A stretch of 63,056 nucleotides of DNA, the filler included. It is 6 parts of 6 records of this genome, joined end to end, with 100 filler letters (N's around TTAATTAATTAA, not from the genome) between each part and the next. Parts side by side here need not be neighbours in the genome. Positions count along the whole stretch, not along the records: positions 1 to 28,651 come from SRR20825010_7172; 5 more parts are not named here. The stretch is one strand, 5' to 3'. The position numbers were made by a program, and so were the translations under genes. Positions within the stretch are counted from its first letter, which is position 1, and each line of letters opens with the position of its first letter. This document shows positions 8,820 through 19,664 of the stretch, one piece after another. The notes below the pieces were generated by a model. The model ran no database searches. It saw only the letters and a program-made list of their open reading frames with translations, and had not been told where the DNA came from.

Positions 8820-10564
8820 CTCAACCTCTTTCCCCCGAGGACGTGTGGCCTACCTACAAGCGGCTGCTGAGCTACGTCCGTCCTTACTGGTTCATGCTGA
8901 TTATTAGTGTTATTGGCTATGCCCTGTATGCCGGGACCCAGGCCGGGGCGGCACAGCTGGCCGGTTACTTGGGGGAAACCATCGTCAACCCGACCGATGC
9001 CCGCGTGCTGATCGTGTCGATTGCGCCATTGGTGTTGGTGATCTTTCAGGGCCTGGGTCAGTTCATGGGCAGTTATTCCATGAACTGGGTAGCCCAGCAG
9101 ATTGTGTATGTGCTGCGTAATGATGTGTTCGGCCATGTGCTGAAATTGCCCCAGTCGGAATACCACCGCAATGCGTCTGGCCGCATCATGTCGAAGATAA
9201 TTTTTGATGCGCAGCAGGTCACCAGCGCCGGTACCGATGCCATCATCGTGATTATCCGCGAAGGCCTCACTGTGATCGGTTTGTTCGGTTTTCTGTTATG
9301 GCAAAACTGGAAACTGACACTGATTCTGGTGGCCGTGGCGCCTTTGATTGCCGTGGTCATGAATGTGACCAGCAAGCGGTTCCGTAAAATCAGCCGCCGC
9401 ATTCAGTCGTCCATGGCGAACATTACCCACTTTCTGGGTGAAGCCATCGAGGGTAGTGGCGAGGTGAAAATTTTTGGCGGCCAGAAACAGGAAGCGGACC
9501 GGTTCCACAACGTCAGCCGCAGTTTTGCCAAGCAGAACGTGAAGCTCAATGCCAGCAAGATTGCCAGTACGGTCATCGTGCAGTTGTTTGTGGCGGTGGG
9601 CATTGGGGCCATTACCTATCTGTATATTCACTTGATGGGTGAAGACCTGACCGTGGGAGGCTTCCTCTCCTACATTGCAGCTGCCGGCATGATCCAGAAA
9701 CCACTCAAGCAACTCACGGATGTGAACGTGAAAGTGCAGCGGGGCGTAACGGGTGCGGCCAGTCTGTTTGAGCTGCTGGATACCGAACAGGAAGTGGATA
9801 CCGGTACCTATGCGGTGGCTACCAAGGCGGACGGTAATATCGAGTTCCAAGGGGTCACCTTTGGTTATGACCCGGCCTCTCCGGTGGTGCGGCATCTTAA
9901 CTTTTCCATCAAGGCCGGTGAGACGGTGGCGTTGGTTGGGCGTTCTGGCGCGGGTAAAAGCACCATCAGCGCCATGCTGCCGCGCTTTTTTGATCCAGAT
10001 CAGGGGCGCATTCTTCTCGACGGCATTCCCCTGGATGAGTACCAGCTTGGCGAGCTGCGCAACCAGATCGCCATGGTCAGTCAGCGGGTGGTGCTGTTTA
10101 ACGACAGCGTGCGAAACAACATTGCCTACGGTGAGCTTCGCAGTGCGGACGATGCCACCATCATAAAAGCGGCGCAGGACGCCCACGCCTGGCGCTTTAT
10201 TGAACAGCTTGAGCATGGACTGGATACCTTGTTGGGCCAGGATGGTGTGCAGTTGTCCGGTGGCCAGCGGCAGCGGATCGCCATTGCCCGGGCGCTGCTC
10301 AAGGATGCGCCTATTCTGATTCTTGATGAAGCGACCAGTGCACTGGATAGCGAATCTGAGCACCACATCCAGCAGGCGCTGGAACAGGTGATGGAAGGGC
10401 GCACTACCCTGGTCATTGCCCATCGCCTGTCTACCATCGAAAAAGCAGACCGCATTATGGTGCTGGATCAGGGCCAGTTGATTGAGCAGGGCTCGCACCA
10501 GGAATTGCTGGAAAAGAACGGGCTCTATACGCAAATGTACCGGATGAATTTTTCCGAGGAGTAA
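8816..10564 (+). CDS. msbA: Lipid A export ABC transporter
   Basis: 582-aa TMD+NBD fusion, GRSGAGKST, LSGGQRQR, LDEATSALD; immediately upstream of lpxK. Confidence 0.94.
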   Translation: MTQPLSPEDVWPTYKRLLSYVRPYWFMLIISVIGYALYAGTQAGAAQLAGYLGETIVNPTDARVLIVSIAPLVLVIFQGLGQFMGSYSMNWVAQQIVYVLRNDVFGHVLKLPQSEYHRNASGRIMSKIIFDAQQVTSAGTDAIIVIIREGLTVIGLFGFLLWQNWKLTLILVAVAPLIAVVMNVTSKRFRKISRRIQSSMANITHFLGEAIEGSGEVKIFGGQKQEADRFHNVSRSFAKQNVKLNASKIASTVIVQLFVAVGIGAITYLYIHLMGEDLTVGGFLSYIAAAGMIQKPLKQLTDVNVKVQRGVTGAASLFELLDTEQEVDTGTYAVATKADGNIEFQGVTFGYDPASPVVRHLNFSIKAGETVALVGRSGAGKSTISAMLPRFFDPDQGRILLDGIPLDEYQLGELRNQIAMVSQRVVLFNDSVRNNIAYGELRSADDATIIKAAQDAHAWRFIEQLEHGLDTLLGQDGVQLSGGQRQRIAIARALLKDAPILILDEATSALDSESEHHIQQALEQVMEGRTTLVIAHRLSTIEKADRIMVLDQGQLIEQGSHQELLEKNGLYTQMYRMNFSEE

Positions 10565-10573
10565 GCGGGCGAC

Positions 10574-11569
10574 ATGGGGTCACTGAGCGAATGGATTCAA
10601 CAGGGTTGGTATAAGGGCAGTCCCTGGCTGGTTCCGCTGCGGCCTCTGTCTGCGCTGGTGTCTCTTGAGGCGCGGCGCCGTCTGCAACAATTCAGGAAAC
10701 AGCGCCCAAGCCCTCCCGTTCCGGTATTGGTGGTGGGCAATATCACTGTGGGGGGGACAGGCAAGACCCCGTTGGTGATTGCGTTGGTGGAAGCGGCGCG
10801 CGCCCGAGGTTTGAACGTAGCGGTGGTATCCCGCGGCTTTGGCGGTAAAACCGAACAGTATCCCCAGCATGTGTCCGCTAGCAGTGATGCGCTGGAAGTA
10901 GGGGATGAGCCTGTGTTGATTGCTCGCCGTACCGGCGCCCCTGTGGTGCTGGATCCTGACCGGCGCAATGCGCTGGATGTGGCGATTCGCGAGTACGCGC
11001 CGGATCTGGTGATTAGCGATGATGGCTTGCAGCATTATGCTCTGCCGCGCAGCGCCGAAGTGGTGGTGGTAGATGGTCAGCGCGGCCTGGGTAATGGCCG
11101 TTGTCTACCGGAAGGTCCATTAAGAGAGCCTGCCACGAGACTCAAGGAAGTGGATTTTGTCATCAGCACTGGCGGGGGATGGACTGGTGCCCATCCCATG
11201 ATCATGCGCCCGTCAGGCATGACATGCCTGGCCGACGACCGTACCCTCAACCCTGACGACTTCCTGCGCCAACATCCCCAGGTCCATGCGGTCGCCGGCA
11301 TTGGTAATCCCAAGCGCTTCTTTAATCTGCTCAGTATTCTGGGGCTCAGCACGACGCCTCACGTTTTCCCCGACCATCATGCCTATCAGCCGGCGGATCT
11401 GACCTTTGCCGATGGGCTGCCCGTGTTGATGACAGAAAAGGACGCGGTGAAGTGTGCGCCCTTTGCCGAGCCTCACTGGTGGTTTCTTCCGGTGACCGCG
11501 AGCTTGCCGGACGGGTTGCTGGATCAGATGATTGATCGGGCATTAGGAATGGACGGTAAAGAGAGTTGA
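10574..11569 (+). CDS. lpxK: Tetraacyldisaccharide 4'-kinase
   Basis: VGNITVGGTGKTP, SDDGLQHY, GIGNP, MTEKDAVK. Confidence 0.96.
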   Translation: MGSLSEWIQQGWYKGSPWLVPLRPLSALVSLEARRRLQQFRKQRPSPPVPVLVVGNITVGGTGKTPLVIALVEAARARGLNVAVVSRGFGGKTEQYPQHVSASSDALEVGDEPVLIARRTGAPVVLDPDRRNALDVAIREYAPDLVISDDGLQHYALPRSAEVVVVDGQRGLGNGRCLPEGPLREPATRLKEVDFVISTGGGWTGAHPMIMRPSGMTCLADDRTLNPDDFLRQHPQVHAVAGIGNPKRFFNLLSILGLSTTPHVFPDHHAYQPADLTFADGLPVLMTEKDAVKCAPFAEPHWWFLPVTASLPDGLLDQMIDRALGMDGKES

Positions 11570-11716
11570 AAGTGTAACGTTCAAAGTTGAATAGCGTGTC
11601 CAAAGCGGGAATGACGCCAAGGCTGTGCCCGCGTACCGATTAGCGCGGAATGGAAAATTATCAAAAACCACGTTGAACATCTTCGTGTTTTAACTTTGAA
11701 CTTTACACTTTCAACT
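11564..11716. repeat. 28-bp imperfect inverted repeat built from 7-nt units, enclosing 97 bp (MITE/REP-like element)
   Basis: Left arm 11564-11591 AGTTGAAAGTGTAACGTTCAAAGTTGAA; right arm 11689-11716 TTTAACTTTGAACTTTACACTTTCAACT; 26/28 complementary. Confidence 0.85.
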
Positions 11717-11746
11717 TCTGCCCTGATCTTGTTACCGAGGTAGAGA

Positions 11747-12502
11747 ATGAGTTTTTATGTAGTGGTGCCGGCGCGGTATGCGTCTACCCGTTTGCCGGGC
11801 AAGCCGTTGGCTGACATTGCCGGTAAAACCATGGTGGAGCGGGTGGCGGAACGCTGCCAGCAAAGTGGTGCTGATCAGGTCTATGTGGCCACTGACGATG
11901 CTCGTATTGCCGATGTGTTGGGTGACACCGTGCCGGTGGTCATGACCCGTGATGATCACCCTTCCGGGACGGATCGTCTTCAGGAAGTGGCCGCAAAACT
12001 GTCGCTGGCTGACGATGACATTATCGTCAATGTGCAGGGTGACGAGCCATTGATTCCTCCTGCGGTGATCAATCAGGTAGCGGCCAATCTGGCGGCGAAC
12101 CCGGACTGCCAGATGGCAACGCTGTGTGAAGCCATTGAAAGCGCGGAAGACCTGTTTAATCCCAATGTGGTGAAGGCGGTTTTCGATGATGCGGGCAGGG
12201 CGCTGTATTTTTCCCGGGCGCCGGTGCCATGGCATCGTGATGCCTTTGCCGATGGCAAACAGGATATGTCAGCAGGGCAGTGGTGGCGGCATATCGGGAT
12301 CTACGCGTACCGGGTAGCGTTCTTGCATCAGTATGTGCAATGGCAGCCGGCCACACTGGAGCAGCTGGAATCTCTGGAGCAGCTACGGGCCATGGCCAAT
12401 GGCGTGGCCATCCACGTGGAGCCTGCCTGTGAGGTAGTGCCGGGTGGGGTCGATACCCAAGCGGACCTTGATCGCCTGCGGGCGCAGCTGGGAGGCAAAT
12501 GA
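11747..12502 (+). CDS. kdsB: 3-deoxy-manno-octulosonate cytidylyltransferase
   Basis: [41 protein letters not shown]. Confidence 0.96.
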   Translation: MSFYVVVPARYASTRLPGKPLADIAGKTMVERVAERCQQSGADQVYVATDDARIADVLGDTVPVVMTRDDHPSGTDRLQEVAAKLSLADDDIIVNVQGDEPLIPPAVINQVAANLAANPDCQMATLCEAIESAEDLFNPNVVKAVFDDAGRALYFSRAPVPWHRDAFADGKQDMSAGQWWRHIGIYAYRVAFLHQYVQWQPATLEQLESLEQLRAMANGVAIHVEPACEVVPGGVDTQADLDRLRAQLGGK

Positions 12503-12975
12503 TGGGCGTGTCGGTATTGTTTGTTTGTCTGGGGAATATTTGCCGTTCACCTACTGCGGAAGTGGTTTTTCGTGAACGCGTGAAAGCTGCAGGCCTGGAA
12601 GACCGTATTCGTATTGATAGCGTCGGCACCGGCGATTGGCATATCGGCAAGGCGCCGGATCCTCGTACCCAGGAGGCAGCGTTGCGGCGGGGCTATTCCA
12701 TGGCGTCCTTGCGCGCCCGGCAAGTCAGCCCGGCGGATTTTGCGGACTTTGATTGGGTGCTGGCCATGGACGACGCCAACCTGGCGGATCTTAAGGCCAT
12801 GCGACCCGCATCGTATCAGGGCACTCTTGCCCGTTTTCTGGACTATGCACAGCACACTTCGGTGCGGGAAGTGCCCGATCCTTATTATGGCGGCGAAGAC
12901 GGGTTCGATACCGTGCTGGACTTGATTGAAGATGGCGCTGAAGGATTGTTGAACCGCGTGCGGGAGCAGCTGTGA
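12499..12975 (+). CDS. Low molecular weight protein-tyrosine phosphatase
   Basis: [11 protein letters not shown]-loop and DPYY motif. Confidence 0.95.
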   Translation: MMGVSVLFVCLGNICRSPTAEVVFRERVKAAGLEDRIRIDSVGTGDWHIGKAPDPRTQEAALRRGYSMASLRARQVSPADFADFDWVLAMDDANLADLKAMRPASYQGTLARFLDYAQHTSVREVPDPYYGGEDGFDTVLDLIEDGAEGLLNRVREQL

Positions 12976-14015
12976 GCCAGGCGGCGCCACCGACCGGTTC
13001 GTTCGAGCAGATCTGTGATGCGGATTTGACGTCCCTGAATACCCTGCGGTTGCCGGCGCGAGCCCATCGTCTGGCCCGCCCGACCACGTTGGATGCATTG
13101 TCACAGGTGCTGGCGGAGCGTAATCCGGCAGAGCCACTTTTCGTGATCGGTGAAGGCAGCAATCTGGTGATTCGTTCTGATCTGCCGGGGCTGACACTGA
13201 GCCTGGCGATTGATGGCATGGCGCAGGTGAAGGAAGACAACGCCCATGTCTGGGTTGCCGCCGGTGCAGGCGTGCACTGGGATGATCTGGTGGCCTGGAC
13301 CGTCGAGCAAGGCTGGCAAGGGCTGGAGAATCTTTCCTTGATTCCCGGTACGGCGGGGGCGGCGCCTTTTCAGAATATCGGTGCCTATGGCGTCGAGTTG
13401 TCCCAGGTGCTGGAGCAGGTGACGGTGATGGATGTGGTCACCGCTCAGGTAGACCATTTTGCCGGCCATGAATGCGAATTTTCCTACCGCGACAGTCGAT
13501 TCAAAAGCCGTGATCGTGGCCGCTATATCATTACCGGCATTGAGCTTCGTCTGAATAAAGCACCCCAGTGTAACGTGAGCTACGGGCCGCTTAAGGTGCG
13601 CTTTGGCCACTTGTCGCAAGCGGATATTTCCCCCGCTGCGGTTCGAGAGCATGTGATTGCGGTGCGTCAGAGTAAGCTGCCGGATCCTGCCGTGTTGGCT
13701 AACGCGGGCAGTTTTTTCAAAAACCCGGTCGTAACAAAAGAGCGGGGTGATGCGTTAAAGATGCGCTTTGCGGATTTGGTGGCGTACGCACAAGCGGATG
13801 GAGTGAAACTGGCAGCAGGGTGGCTGATCGAGCAGGCCGGCTGGAAGGGTAAGCGGCTGGGGCCTGTTGGCATGCATAGTGAGCAGGCGCTGGTGCTGGT
13901 CAACCATGGCGGTGCCACCAGTGCGGATGTGGTGGCGTTGGCAGAGGCAGTGTGCGCTGACGTGCAGGCGACGTTTGGTGTGTCGTTGGAGCAGGAGCCG
14001 GTGCTGTTACCGTAG
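12972..14015 (+). CDS. murB: UDP-N-acetylmuramate dehydrogenase
   Basis: GEGSNL, GLENLSLIPGTAGAAPFQNIGAYG, YRDSRFK, NAGSFFKNP, LEQEP. Confidence 0.96.
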   Translation: MSQAAPPTGSFEQICDADLTSLNTLRLPARAHRLARPTTLDALSQVLAERNPAEPLFVIGEGSNLVIRSDLPGLTLSLAIDGMAQVKEDNAHVWVAAGAGVHWDDLVAWTVEQGWQGLENLSLIPGTAGAAPFQNIGAYGVELSQVLEQVTVMDVVTAQVDHFAGHECEFSYRDSRFKSRDRGRYIITGIELRLNKAPQCNVSYGPLKVRFGHLSQADISPAAVREHVIAVRQSKLPDPAVLANAGSFFKNPVVTKERGDALKMRFADLVAYAQADGVKLAAGWLIEQAGWKGKRLGPVGMHSEQALVLVNHGGATSADVVALAEAVCADVQATFGVSLEQEPVLLP

Positions 14016-14084
14016 CCAAAGAGCCTGATAGACCCATGGCCACAATTGATTTCAGCATGTAGCTGCAGCAGTAAATGGACCCAC

Positions 14085-14113
14085 AAAAAAGCCCGCACGA
14101 AGCGGGCTTTTTT
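14085..14113. terminator. Bidirectional intrinsic terminator between convergent murB and rne
   Basis: AAAAAA-GCCCGC-ACGAA-GCGGGC-TTTTTT. Confidence 0.9.
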
Positions 14114-14128
14114 GTGGCTGGAATGTCC

Positions 14129-17100
14129 TCAGTCTTCCGAGGACGATTCCGCTTGTTGCGCCTTGGCAGCCGCTTCCTGGGCTGCGAGCTGCTCACGGCG
14201 GCGCTGGCGTGGGTCGTTGCTGGCGCGGCCCTGCTCGGCAGCAGCAGGCTTGGCTTCTGCCTTGACCGCTTTCACTTCCTTGGCCCGGCTGGGCAACTCA
14301 TTGCTGGCCGGGGCCGGCTTGGGCTTTTCTTCCGCCTTTGGTGCCGGGGCCGCCGGGGTGGGTTTGTAGCCCGGGGAGCGCGGATCATTGCTGGCGCGGC
14401 TCGGTGCAGCAGGCTCGGCGGCGGGGGCTTCTGCTTTGGGAGCCTCGGCCTCTACCGTTTTCTCTGCCTGCTTGTTTTCCTCTACCGGTTTGCTCGGCGC
14501 TGGCGCCTCTGCCGGTTTGGCCGCTTCTGGTTGAGCTGCTGCCGGCGCTGTCGGAGCGTCTTTGGCCGCTTCAGCTTGTGGCGCGGATTGCGCCGCTTTC
14601 TCGGCATCGGCGGTTTTCGGGGCGTCAGCCTTGGGCTGCTGCGGCTGGCCTTCGGCCACCGGCTTTTCTTCCTGCGCCGGAGCAGTGGTAGCCGTATCGC
14701 TGTCACTGGCTGCCGGTTGAGCGGTGGCCGGCTTGTCGTCTTCGGCTTTCGGCGCGGCGGTGTTTTGCGCGGCCGGGGCCTGGGCGGCCGGTTGTTGTTC
14801 GGCAGCAGGTTGCTGCGGCTGAGCCGGTGCGGCGGTCTGTTCCTGCTTCGGTTCAGTTGCGGCTTGTGGCTTGCTGGCCGCCGGCTTCTGCTCCGTTACC
14901 TGGGCAGCCTTGTCGGCGCCCTCTTTTTTAGCCTGATCGTCGGCCTTCGCTTGCGCAGACGGCTCCTGGGCCGGAACCAGCTTGGCAGGTGGGTGACCTT
15001 CATCATCCACCGGTGCGGGCTGCTCGTTACGCACCCGGGCCGGTTTGGGCGCATTATTGCGCTGCGGCTTGTCCGCAGGGGATTGCGCTACCGCATTCTT
15101 GCCGTCGCTATTGTTTTCCCCTTTGCCAGGACGCTGGCGTTCGCGTAGCGGACGATCGTCCTTGGCATCGGTGCGGCGGGGGGCTTTCGGGCCCTTGTCG
15201 CTGCCTTTGCTCTCGGTGTTGTCAGCAGCGTTGTCCTGCTTGCGGTTATTGCGCGGCTTGCCACCGTCATTGCCCTTGTTGTCGGGCTTGTTGTCGCCAC
15301 GATTATCGCCACGGCTGTCGTTGCGATTGTCGTTGTTGCGGTTGTTGCGACGGTTGTCGTTGCGGCCACGGCGTTCGTTGCGGTTGCCGTCGTCCTTGTT
15401 GTCGCCACGGTTGTCACGATTGTCGGAAGAGCGATTGTCCGCCTGACGGTTATCGTTCTTGCGACCGCCGTCCTTGTCGTTCTGGCGTTTGTTGCGGTTA
15501 TTGCGATTGTCGTTATCGCCACCTTTGCCGCCATCACGCTTGTTGCGGTTGTCGTTCTTGCCGCGGTTATCGTTGTTGCGGTTGTCGTTACGGTTGCGGG
15601 TGTTGCCACCGCGGCCGCCACGGGTGTTTTGCTGCTGGCGTTGCTTGTTATCGCCTTTGCGCTGGGGTTGTGCTTTCTTTGCTTTGGCCGGCTTGGGCTC
15701 AGCGGTAAAGACCTGGGCGAGCCAGGAGAACAGACGTGCCAGCAGGCCCAGGTTTTGGGCCTGTGGCGTCGGTGCGGCAGCCGCGGGCTTGGGCGGCGGC
15801 GGGGCGGTGTCCGGTGCCATCAGTTTGACGGCCGGTTCCTGGGTTTTGATTTCCGTGTCCTGAGCGGAGGCGATATCCGCATCCTTGTTGCCTTCCAGCA
15901 GGTCCATTTCATGGCTCAACTGGGTGCTGGTCTGGTCATCACGGATGCGCTCCACTTCGAAGTGGGGCGTGTCCAGGTTCTGGTTGGGGATGATTACCAC
16001 GCGGACTTTGTGGTTCTTCTCAATGGCACGCAGGGGATCGCGCTTTTCATTGAGCAGGTAGGTGGCCACGGCCACCGGTACCTGTGCCTGAATCTCGCCG
16101 GTGCGCTCCTTCATCACTTCTTCTTCGATAAGACGAAGGATGCTCAGCGCCAGGGATTTCACGTCACGGATGTGGCCCTGGCCATCGCAGCGTGGGCAAA
16201 CAATGCTGGAGGTTTCCCCTAGGCTGGGGCGCAGGCGCTGACGGGACAGTTCCAGCAGGCCGAAGCGGGAGATGCGACCCAGCTGGATGCGAGCGCGGTC
16301 CGCTTCCAGTGCATCACGCATGCGGTTTTCCACGTCACGCTGATTGCGTGCCGGGCCCATGTCGATGAAATCCACCACGATCAGGCCGCCGATATCCCGC
16401 AGGCGCAGCTGTCGGGAAATTTCCTCTGCGGCTTCCAGGTTGGTCTGCAGGGCGGTCTCCTCGATATCCGCACCTTTGGTGGCACGGGAGGAGTTGATGT
16501 CGATGGAGACCAGCGCCTCTGTCGGATCGATCACGATGGAGCCACCGGAAGGCAGCTTCACTTCCCGCTCGAAAGCGGTTTCGATTTGCGATTCAATCTG
16601 GAAACGGGAGAACAGCGGGGTCTCGTCGTCGTACAGTTTGATCTTGTGCTGGAAGTCCTGCATGACCTGTTGAACAAAGCCCTGGGCTTCGTCGTAGACT
16701 TTCTTGGAGTCGATCAGGACTTCGCCGATATCCTTGCGCAGGTAATCACGGATGGCGCGGATGATGACGTTGGATTCCTGATAGATCAGGAAGGGCGCCT
16801 TGCGATCCTGGGAAGCCTCATCGATGGAGGTCCACAGTTTCAGCAGGTAATTCAGATCCCACTGCAGCTCTTCAGCACTGCGTCCCAAGCCGGCGGTACG
16901 CACGATGACGCCCATTTCGTCGGGAATGGTCAATGCGCCCAGCGCTTCTTTAAGTTGCGCGCGCTCTTCCCCTTCGATACGACGGGAAATGCCGCCGGCA
17001 CGGGGGTTGTTGGGCATCAGAACCAGGTAACGACCCGCCAGGCTGATAAAGGTGGTGAGGGCGGCGCCTTTATTGCCGCGCTCTTCCTTGGCCACCTGAA

Positions 17101-17407
17101 CGATGACTTCCTGACCTTCCTTGATGACTTCCTTGATGTTAACGCGACCCTGGATGTCCTTGGGGTCTTTCTGGAAGTACTGGCGGGAAATTTCCTTGAG
17201 GGGAAGAAAGCCATGGCGCTCGGCACCAAAGTCGACAAAGGCGGCTTCCAGGGAAGGCTCTACCCGGGTGATCTTGCCTTTGTAGATGTTGGCTTTTTTC
17301 TGTTCCCGTGTGCGGTGTTCGATATCCAGGTCATACAGACGTTGTCCGTCGACCAGTGCCACCCGAACCTCTTCAGGGTGAGTGGCGTTAATAAGCATAC
17401 GTTTCAT
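14129..17407 (-). CDS. rne: Ribonuclease E (1092 aa)
   Basis: Canonical N-terminus [24 protein letters not shown] at 17407 (the ORF track start is 29 codons too far upstream); DINS and CPRCDG motifs; amphipathic membrane helix [14 protein letters not shown]; Arg/Asn-rich and Ala/Pro-rich disordered C-terminal half. Confidence 0.97.
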   Translation of the reverse strand: MKRMLINATHPEEVRVALVDGQRLYDLDIEHRTREQKKANIYKGKITRVEPSLEAAFVDFGAERHGFLPLKEISRQYFQKDPKDIQGRVNIKEVIKEGQEVIVQVAKEERGNKGAALTTFISLAGRYLVLMPNNPRAGGISRRIEGEERAQLKEALGALTIPDEMGVIVRTAGLGRSAEELQWDLNYLLKLWTSIDEASQDRKAPFLIYQESNVIIRAIRDYLRKDIGEVLIDSKKVYDEAQGFVQQVMQDFQHKIKLYDDETPLFSRFQIESQIETAFEREVKLPSGGSIVIDPTEALVSIDINSSRATKGADIEETALQTNLEAAEEISRQLRLRDIGGLIVVDFIDMGPARNQRDVENRMRDALEADRARIQLGRISRFGLLELSRQRLRPSLGETSSIVCPRCDGQGHIRDVKSLALSILRLIEEEVMKERTGEIQAQVPVAVATYLLNEKRDPLRAIEKNHKVRVVIIPNQNLDTPHFEVERIRDDQTSTQLSHEMDLLEGNKDADIASAQDTEIKTQEPAVKLMAPDTAPPPPKPAAAAPTPQAQNLGLLARLFSWLAQVFTAEPKPAKAKKAQPQRKGDNKQRQQQNTRGGRGGNTRNRNDNRNNDNRGKNDNRNKRDGGKGGDNDNRNNRNKRQNDKDGGRKNDNRQADNRSSDNRDNRGDNKDDGNRNERRGRNDNRRNNRNNDNRNDSRGDNRGDNKPDNKGNDGGKPRNNRKQDNAADNTESKGSDKGPKAPRRTDAKDDRPLRERQRPGKGENNSDGKNAVAQSPADKPQRNNAPKPARVRNEQPAPVDDEGHPPAKLVPAQEPSAQAKADDQAKKEGADKAAQVTEQKPAASKPQAATEPKQEQTAAPAQPQQPAAEQQPAAQAPAAQNTAAPKAEDDKPATAQPAASDSDTATTAPAQEEKPVAEGQPQQPKADAPKTADAEKAAQSAPQAEAAKDAPTAPAAAQPEAAKPAEAPAPSKPVEENKQAEKTVEAEAPKAEAPAAEPAAPSRASNDPRSPGYKPTPAAPAPKAEEKPKPAPASNELPSRAKEVKAVKAEAKPAAAEQGRASNDPRQRRREQLAAQEAAAKAQQAESSSED

Positions 17408-17925
17408 GGTGCTACCACAAGTTTGTGGTGGCATGGGGCAGGGCCGGATGTAACCGGTAGCAGACCAGGGGGAGTGCTGTGGCAGGCAGGTCACGGGTCG
17501 GGCGCACGCTGGGCGTGTGGATCGCTTTCCTTGGTGATCGTGTTGCCTGAGTCAGCGGCTCTCCGAGTTGTGTGCAATGTTTAGTGCGTAATCATGCTGG
17601 CAGTTGGCCAGTCTGTAATGCTTCACGCGATTGCCGTGGTTATCCTCACACAGCAATGTGTAAACTCTTGTCTGTCTGTTTTCCAGGTCGTTTGACCGGC
17701 GCTGCAGGCCACCATCGTTAATGTTCAGGGCCCGTTTTCGGACGCTGTAAATGGGTCTTCTGCAGCGTATGCCCAGTTCCGTGTGGGGGTTTCCCGTGCG
17801 GAAGGTGGGCCTGACGCTTTTTCTGTGACCTGGGGGCGGGCTCTGTCTTCATCGGCTGTAGCCGGAGAGGGCCGAACGGCGAATGTTCGCTGCGCGTCGC
17901 CGTTGCCTATTCAGGTCGACGCTTG

Positions 17926-17955
17926 ACTATAGCAACAAAAGGCCAGCCGGATCAA
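17926..17955 (-). promoter_or_regulatory. Putative sigma70 promoter of rne
   Basis: Minus strand TTGATC-N18-TATAGT with TG extended -10 (TGcTATAGT). Confidence 0.55.
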
Positions 17956-18024
17956 TCAGATAGATTGCTGAGCCTCGCCACAGTAGATGCAGACTTTTAC
18001 CCCGATCACGCATAGAATCGCGCC

Positions 18025-18978
18025 ATGTCTGAAGATACCCCCGCAGCGAACCGCGTGACGTTTGTCACCATTGATGAAGGCCGGCACGGTCAACGCCTGG
18101 ATAACTTCCTGTTTACCCATCTTAAAGGGGTGCCCAAATCCCGTGTTTACCGGATTATCCGCTCCGGTGAGGTACGTATTAACAAGGGGCGCGCCAAGCA
18201 GACCACTCGTCTGGCCAGTGGCGACGTGGTGCGTATCCCGCCCATTCGTACCAGTGAATCCGCCGCGCCGCCGGCGGTGAGCGAAGGGTTGGCCGAGCGT
18301 CTGCGCCGGGCCTGTGTCTATGAGGATGACCAGCTATTCATTTTCAACAAACCAGCAGGCCTAGCGGTGCACGGTGGCAGTGGTGTCAGCCTGGGGCTGA
18401 TCGAGGCTCTGCGGGTGATGTATCCCGATGAAAAGGAAATGGAGCTGGTGCACCGATTGGACCGGGATACCAGTGGCTTGATCATGGTGGCCCGGCGGCG
18501 CTCGTTTCTGCGTAAATTGCAGCGCCTGATGCAGGCCGGTCAGGTGGAAAAGCGTTACTGGTTGCTGTGTCAGGGCTTCAAGGGCAAGGAGCGCACGCTT
18601 GATGCGCCTTTGCTGAAAATGATGAATGGCAACGAGCGCATCGTGCGGGTCTCCCGCGAGGGTAAGCCCTCGGTGACACATTATCGCCTGCTCGAGCGGT
18701 TTGCTCAGGCGCAATTGGTGGAGGCCACTCTGGAAACCGGTCGCACCCATCAGATTCGGGTACATAGCCAGTTTGGCGGCTTTCCCTTGTTGGGGGATGA
18801 CAAATACGGAATTGCGAAAGGGGAGGCCCTGCTGACTGAGATCGGCCGCCGGCGTCTTTGTTTGCATGCCCGCACCTTGGTGTTTGTGCATCCGAACACG
18901 GGCAAGCGGCTGACGGTTACCGCGCCGCTGGATGACGACTACGAGGCGATTTTGACGACCCTCAGGAGTCAGCGATGA
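18025..18978 (+). CDS. rluC: 23S rRNA pseudouridine synthase C
   Basis: S4 domain GQRLDNFL...PKSRVYRIIRSGEVR, HRLDRDTSG, TGRTHQIRVH; divergent from rne. Confidence 0.95.
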   Translation: MSEDTPAANRVTFVTIDEGRHGQRLDNFLFTHLKGVPKSRVYRIIRSGEVRINKGRAKQTTRLASGDVVRIPPIRTSESAAPPAVSEGLAERLRRACVYEDDQLFIFNKPAGLAVHGGSGVSLGLIEALRVMYPDEKEMELVHRLDRDTSGLIMVARRRSFLRKLQRLMQAGQVEKRYWLLCQGFKGKERTLDAPLLKMMNGNERIVRVSREGKPSVTHYRLLERFAQAQLVEATLETGRTHQIRVHSQFGGFPLLGDDKYGIAKGEALLTEIGRRRLCLHARTLVFVHPNTGKRLTVTAPLDDDYEAILTTLRSQR

Positions 18979-19664
18979 ATAATGCGCGTCCTTATGACCT
19001 GGTAATTTTCGACTGGGATGGCACGGTCATGGATTCTACCGGTCGTATTGTCAGCTGCATGCAGCTGGCAGCATTGGATCTGGGGCTGCCCTCCCTGGCT
19101 GACCCGGTGGTATGCAGTATCATCGGGCTGGGATTGCCGGAAGCCATCGCCACGCTCTATCCACAGCTGGACGATGCAGGGATCGTCGCCATGCGTGATC
19201 GCTACGCTTTCCACTTTATCGCCGCCGAGCAGACCCCCAGCGCCCTTTATCCGGCGGCGGAACAGGTGCTGACTCACTTGCGCGAAAGTGGCTTTAAGCT
19301 GGCAGTGGCCACAGGCAAGAGCCGCAAGGGGTTGCAGCGGGTGTGGGGGAATACCGGTCTGGACCGTTATTTCCATGCTTCCCGTTGCGCCGATGAAAGC
19401 CAGTCCAAGCCACATCCGGCCATGGTGCTGGAGTTGCTGGAGGCTATGGCCGTGCCGCCTGAGCGGGCCGTGGTGGTGGGCGATACGACATTCGATCTGG
19501 AAATGGCCCGTGCTGCCGGAGTGGACCGTATTGGCGTGAGTTATGGCGCCCACCCGGTGGAGCAATTGCTCCCGTGCGAGCCTCTGGCGGTTATCGACAG
19601 ATTGGACCATTTGCTGCCGCTGGTGGGTTTGGCGGCGTCTGAATTTGTAATGGAGAGTGTGTGA
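18975..19664 (+). CDS. HAD-superfamily hydrolase (phosphoglycolate phosphatase-like)
   Basis: FDWDGTVMDS, ATGK, KPHP, GDTTFD. Confidence 0.92.
   Translation: MNNARPYDLVIFDWDGTVMDSTGRIVSCMQLAALDLGLPSLADPVVCSIIGLGLPEAIATLYPQLDDAGIVAMRDRYAFHFIAAEQTPSALYPAAEQVLTHLRESGFKLAVATGKSRKGLQRVWGNTGLDRYFHASRCADESQSKPHPAMVLELLEAMAVPPERAVVVGDTTFDLEMARAAGVDRIGVSYGAHPVEQLLPCEPLAVIDRLDHLLPLVGLAASEFVMESV

Noticed and set aside
9296-10534. Long antisense ORFs (also 458-1522, 14075-15148, 16586-17584, 35169-36218, 55910-56983, 57941-58798, 61947-62741)
   Set aside because: They mirror well-supported genes on the opposite strand and have no motifs; expected shadow ORFs in high-GC coding DNA.
14195-14402. Duplicated RASNDPR motif in the RNase E C-terminus
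   Set aside because: NDPR-type degradosome motifs are already known in gammaproteobacterial RNase E; not novel.
15230-15640. Quasi-repetitive GTTGTCGTT/GTTGCGG tracts
   Set aside because: These are the codons of the Arg/Asn/Asp-rich disordered region of RNase E, not a DNA repeat array.
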